From Campylobacterota bacterium (GTDB taxonomy: Bacteria; Campylobacterota; Campylobacteria; Campylobacterales; Sulfurovaceae): a stretch of 38,175 nt of DNA. Both the position numbers and the translations under genes were made by a program. Positions within the stretch are counted from its first letter, which is position 1. Each line of letters opens with the position of its first letter. Of this stretch, positions 37,209-38,175 are shown in pieces. The notes below the pieces were generated by a model. It was not told where the DNA came from, did no database searches, and was given only the letters and a program-made list of their open reading frames with translations. The stretch spans positions 1 to 38,175 of the forward strand of contig JAYEOM010000085.1 in assembly GCA_034722955.1 (NCBI GenBank). Direction: 5' to 3'.

Positions 37209-37922
37209 ATGAAAAAATTATCGATAGTCTATATACTGCTAGTATCGCTTATCATCATGGCTGGGTGTTCGGGTTCAAACTCAAATAGTTCGAGCGACAG
37301 CAAGGGTGGTAAAGGTGGCGGTTCAGGAGGTGGTCAACCCTATCTGGATCTAAGCAGTTATGCAAAAGTAGCACTCACAGAGGATCAGAAGTATTCACTA
37401 GCTTATATGTGGCATGAGGAGAAGCTGGCAAAAGATATCTATCTGGAACTCAACAAGATCCACCCTGCCAGGCAGTTGGAAAATATCGCTATCAAATCAG
37501 AAGTAGTACATATCCAGCTAGTACAAAATCTGGTAGAGTGGTACGATATCAACATTACCAATCTCGCCAACTATGAAGTGAACTACTCCCTAGAGGCTCT
37601 AAATGCTATGCCAGTAGGCAAGTTTGCTGTACCCCAGATACAAGATCTATACAATATGCTTTTTGAGATAGGCAGAGAATCGACTCGATCATCACTAGAA
37701 GTCGGGTGTATGGTTGAGGTCGTTGATATCAATGATCTAGATCATTTTCTCAGTACCTCTACAGGCAATCAAGCATTGATAGATACATTTAACATCCTCC
37801 GAGATGGCAGCTTTGCTCACTACTGGGCATTTGATGATGGATTGAAGAGCATGGGTATCACAGAGGGTTGCTGCTCTCTAGGAGTCGACTACTGCCACCC
37901 AGAATACCCCAAGCGTAAATGA
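37209..37922 (+). CDS. DUF2202 (ferritin-like) lipoprotein
   Basis: Lipobox IMAG-C, a Ser/Gly linker, then MWHEEKLAKDIY, NIA..SE..H, VEVVDINDL and L.DGS..H. AAGGAG RBS. Confidence 0.85.
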   Translation: MKKLSIVYILLVSLIIMAGCSGSNSNSSSDSKGGKGGGSGGGQPYLDLSSYAKVALTEDQKYSLAYMWHEEKLAKDIYLELNKIHPARQLENIAIKSEVVHIQLVQNLVEWYDINITNLANYEVNYSLEALNAMPVGKFAVPQIQDLYNMLFEIGRESTRSSLEVGCMVEVVDINDLDHFLSTSTGNQALIDTFNILRDGSFAHYWAFDDGLKSMGITEGCCSLGVDYCHPEYPKRK

Positions 37923-38054
37923 TATAGAGACCTGCTCACAAACTCAGCTACAGATAACTGCTTTAGGCTACCCTAGTCAACTATTGGTTTTTCATATAAC
38001 TATCTCTATGAAAAAGATGCTAAAATATACTCTATCAATCAAAAGGGACACAAA

Positions 38055-38175
38055 TTGGCATTAAGCTGGAATGAGATAAAAACTAGAGCGATAGCATTTT
38101 CCAAAGAGTGGGAGACAGAACGCAGAGAACACGCAGAGTCTCAGAGCTTTTGGAATGACTTTTTTGATATCTTTG
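38055..38175 (+). CDS. 5' end of an MmeI-like (type IIL/IIG) restriction-modification enzyme / DNA methyltransferase, truncated by the window edge
   Basis: TTG-start ORF MALSWNEIKTRAIAFSKEWETERREHAESQSFWNDFFDIF resembles the conserved MmeI-family N-terminus. AAGGGA RBS and a TGCTAAAAT promoter at 38018-38026. Confidence 0.8.
   Translation, partial: MALSWNEIKTRAIAFSKEWETERREHAESQSFWNDFFDIF

Noticed and set aside
37985..38000. TTCATA half-site upstream of the MmeI-like gene as a third regulator box
   Set aside because: It is a single half-site with no 11-bp partner and the wrong spacing to the -10 box.

Overview
Chromosomal window from a Campylobacterota (epsilonproteobacterial) genome, probably a free-living Sulfurovum/Sulfurimonas-like organism; this is inferred from gene content and order and from TGnTAnAAT promoters. 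In order it contains: a 5S rRNA gene; argH, followed directly by a PAPS-dependent sulfotransferase and kpsS; a convergent ABC-type capsule export cluster (two GT2 enzymes, kpsC, kpsM, kpsT, kpsE, with no kpsD/kpsF in the window); a LysM/3D-domain cell-wall enzyme with a 117-bp internal duplication; thrC; a tightly packed six-gene block between argB and thrC (di-haem cytochrome c peroxidase, DAHL-PAS-PAS-GGDEF-EAL sensor, secreted 7-blade beta-propeller, fused DUF1538 membrane protein, P-II-like protein, CBS protein); argB, lpxK, an atypical DegT-family protein and a DUF455 ferritin-like gene; a decayed tandem duplication of a divergent gene junction; an MBL hydrolase, DUF4149 protein, hypoxanthine-DNA glycosylase, apaH, alpha/beta hydrolase and murF; an uncharacterised two-gene membrane module; a ZnuABC-type metal ABC transporter; an OmpR-family (DccRS/CrdRS-like) two-component locus whose flanking EF-hand and DUF2202 genes share a 36-bp promoter motif; and the 5' end of an MmeI-like restriction-modification gene. 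No CRISPR array, tRNA or intact transposase was seen. All family calls come from motif recognition by eye, not from database searches.
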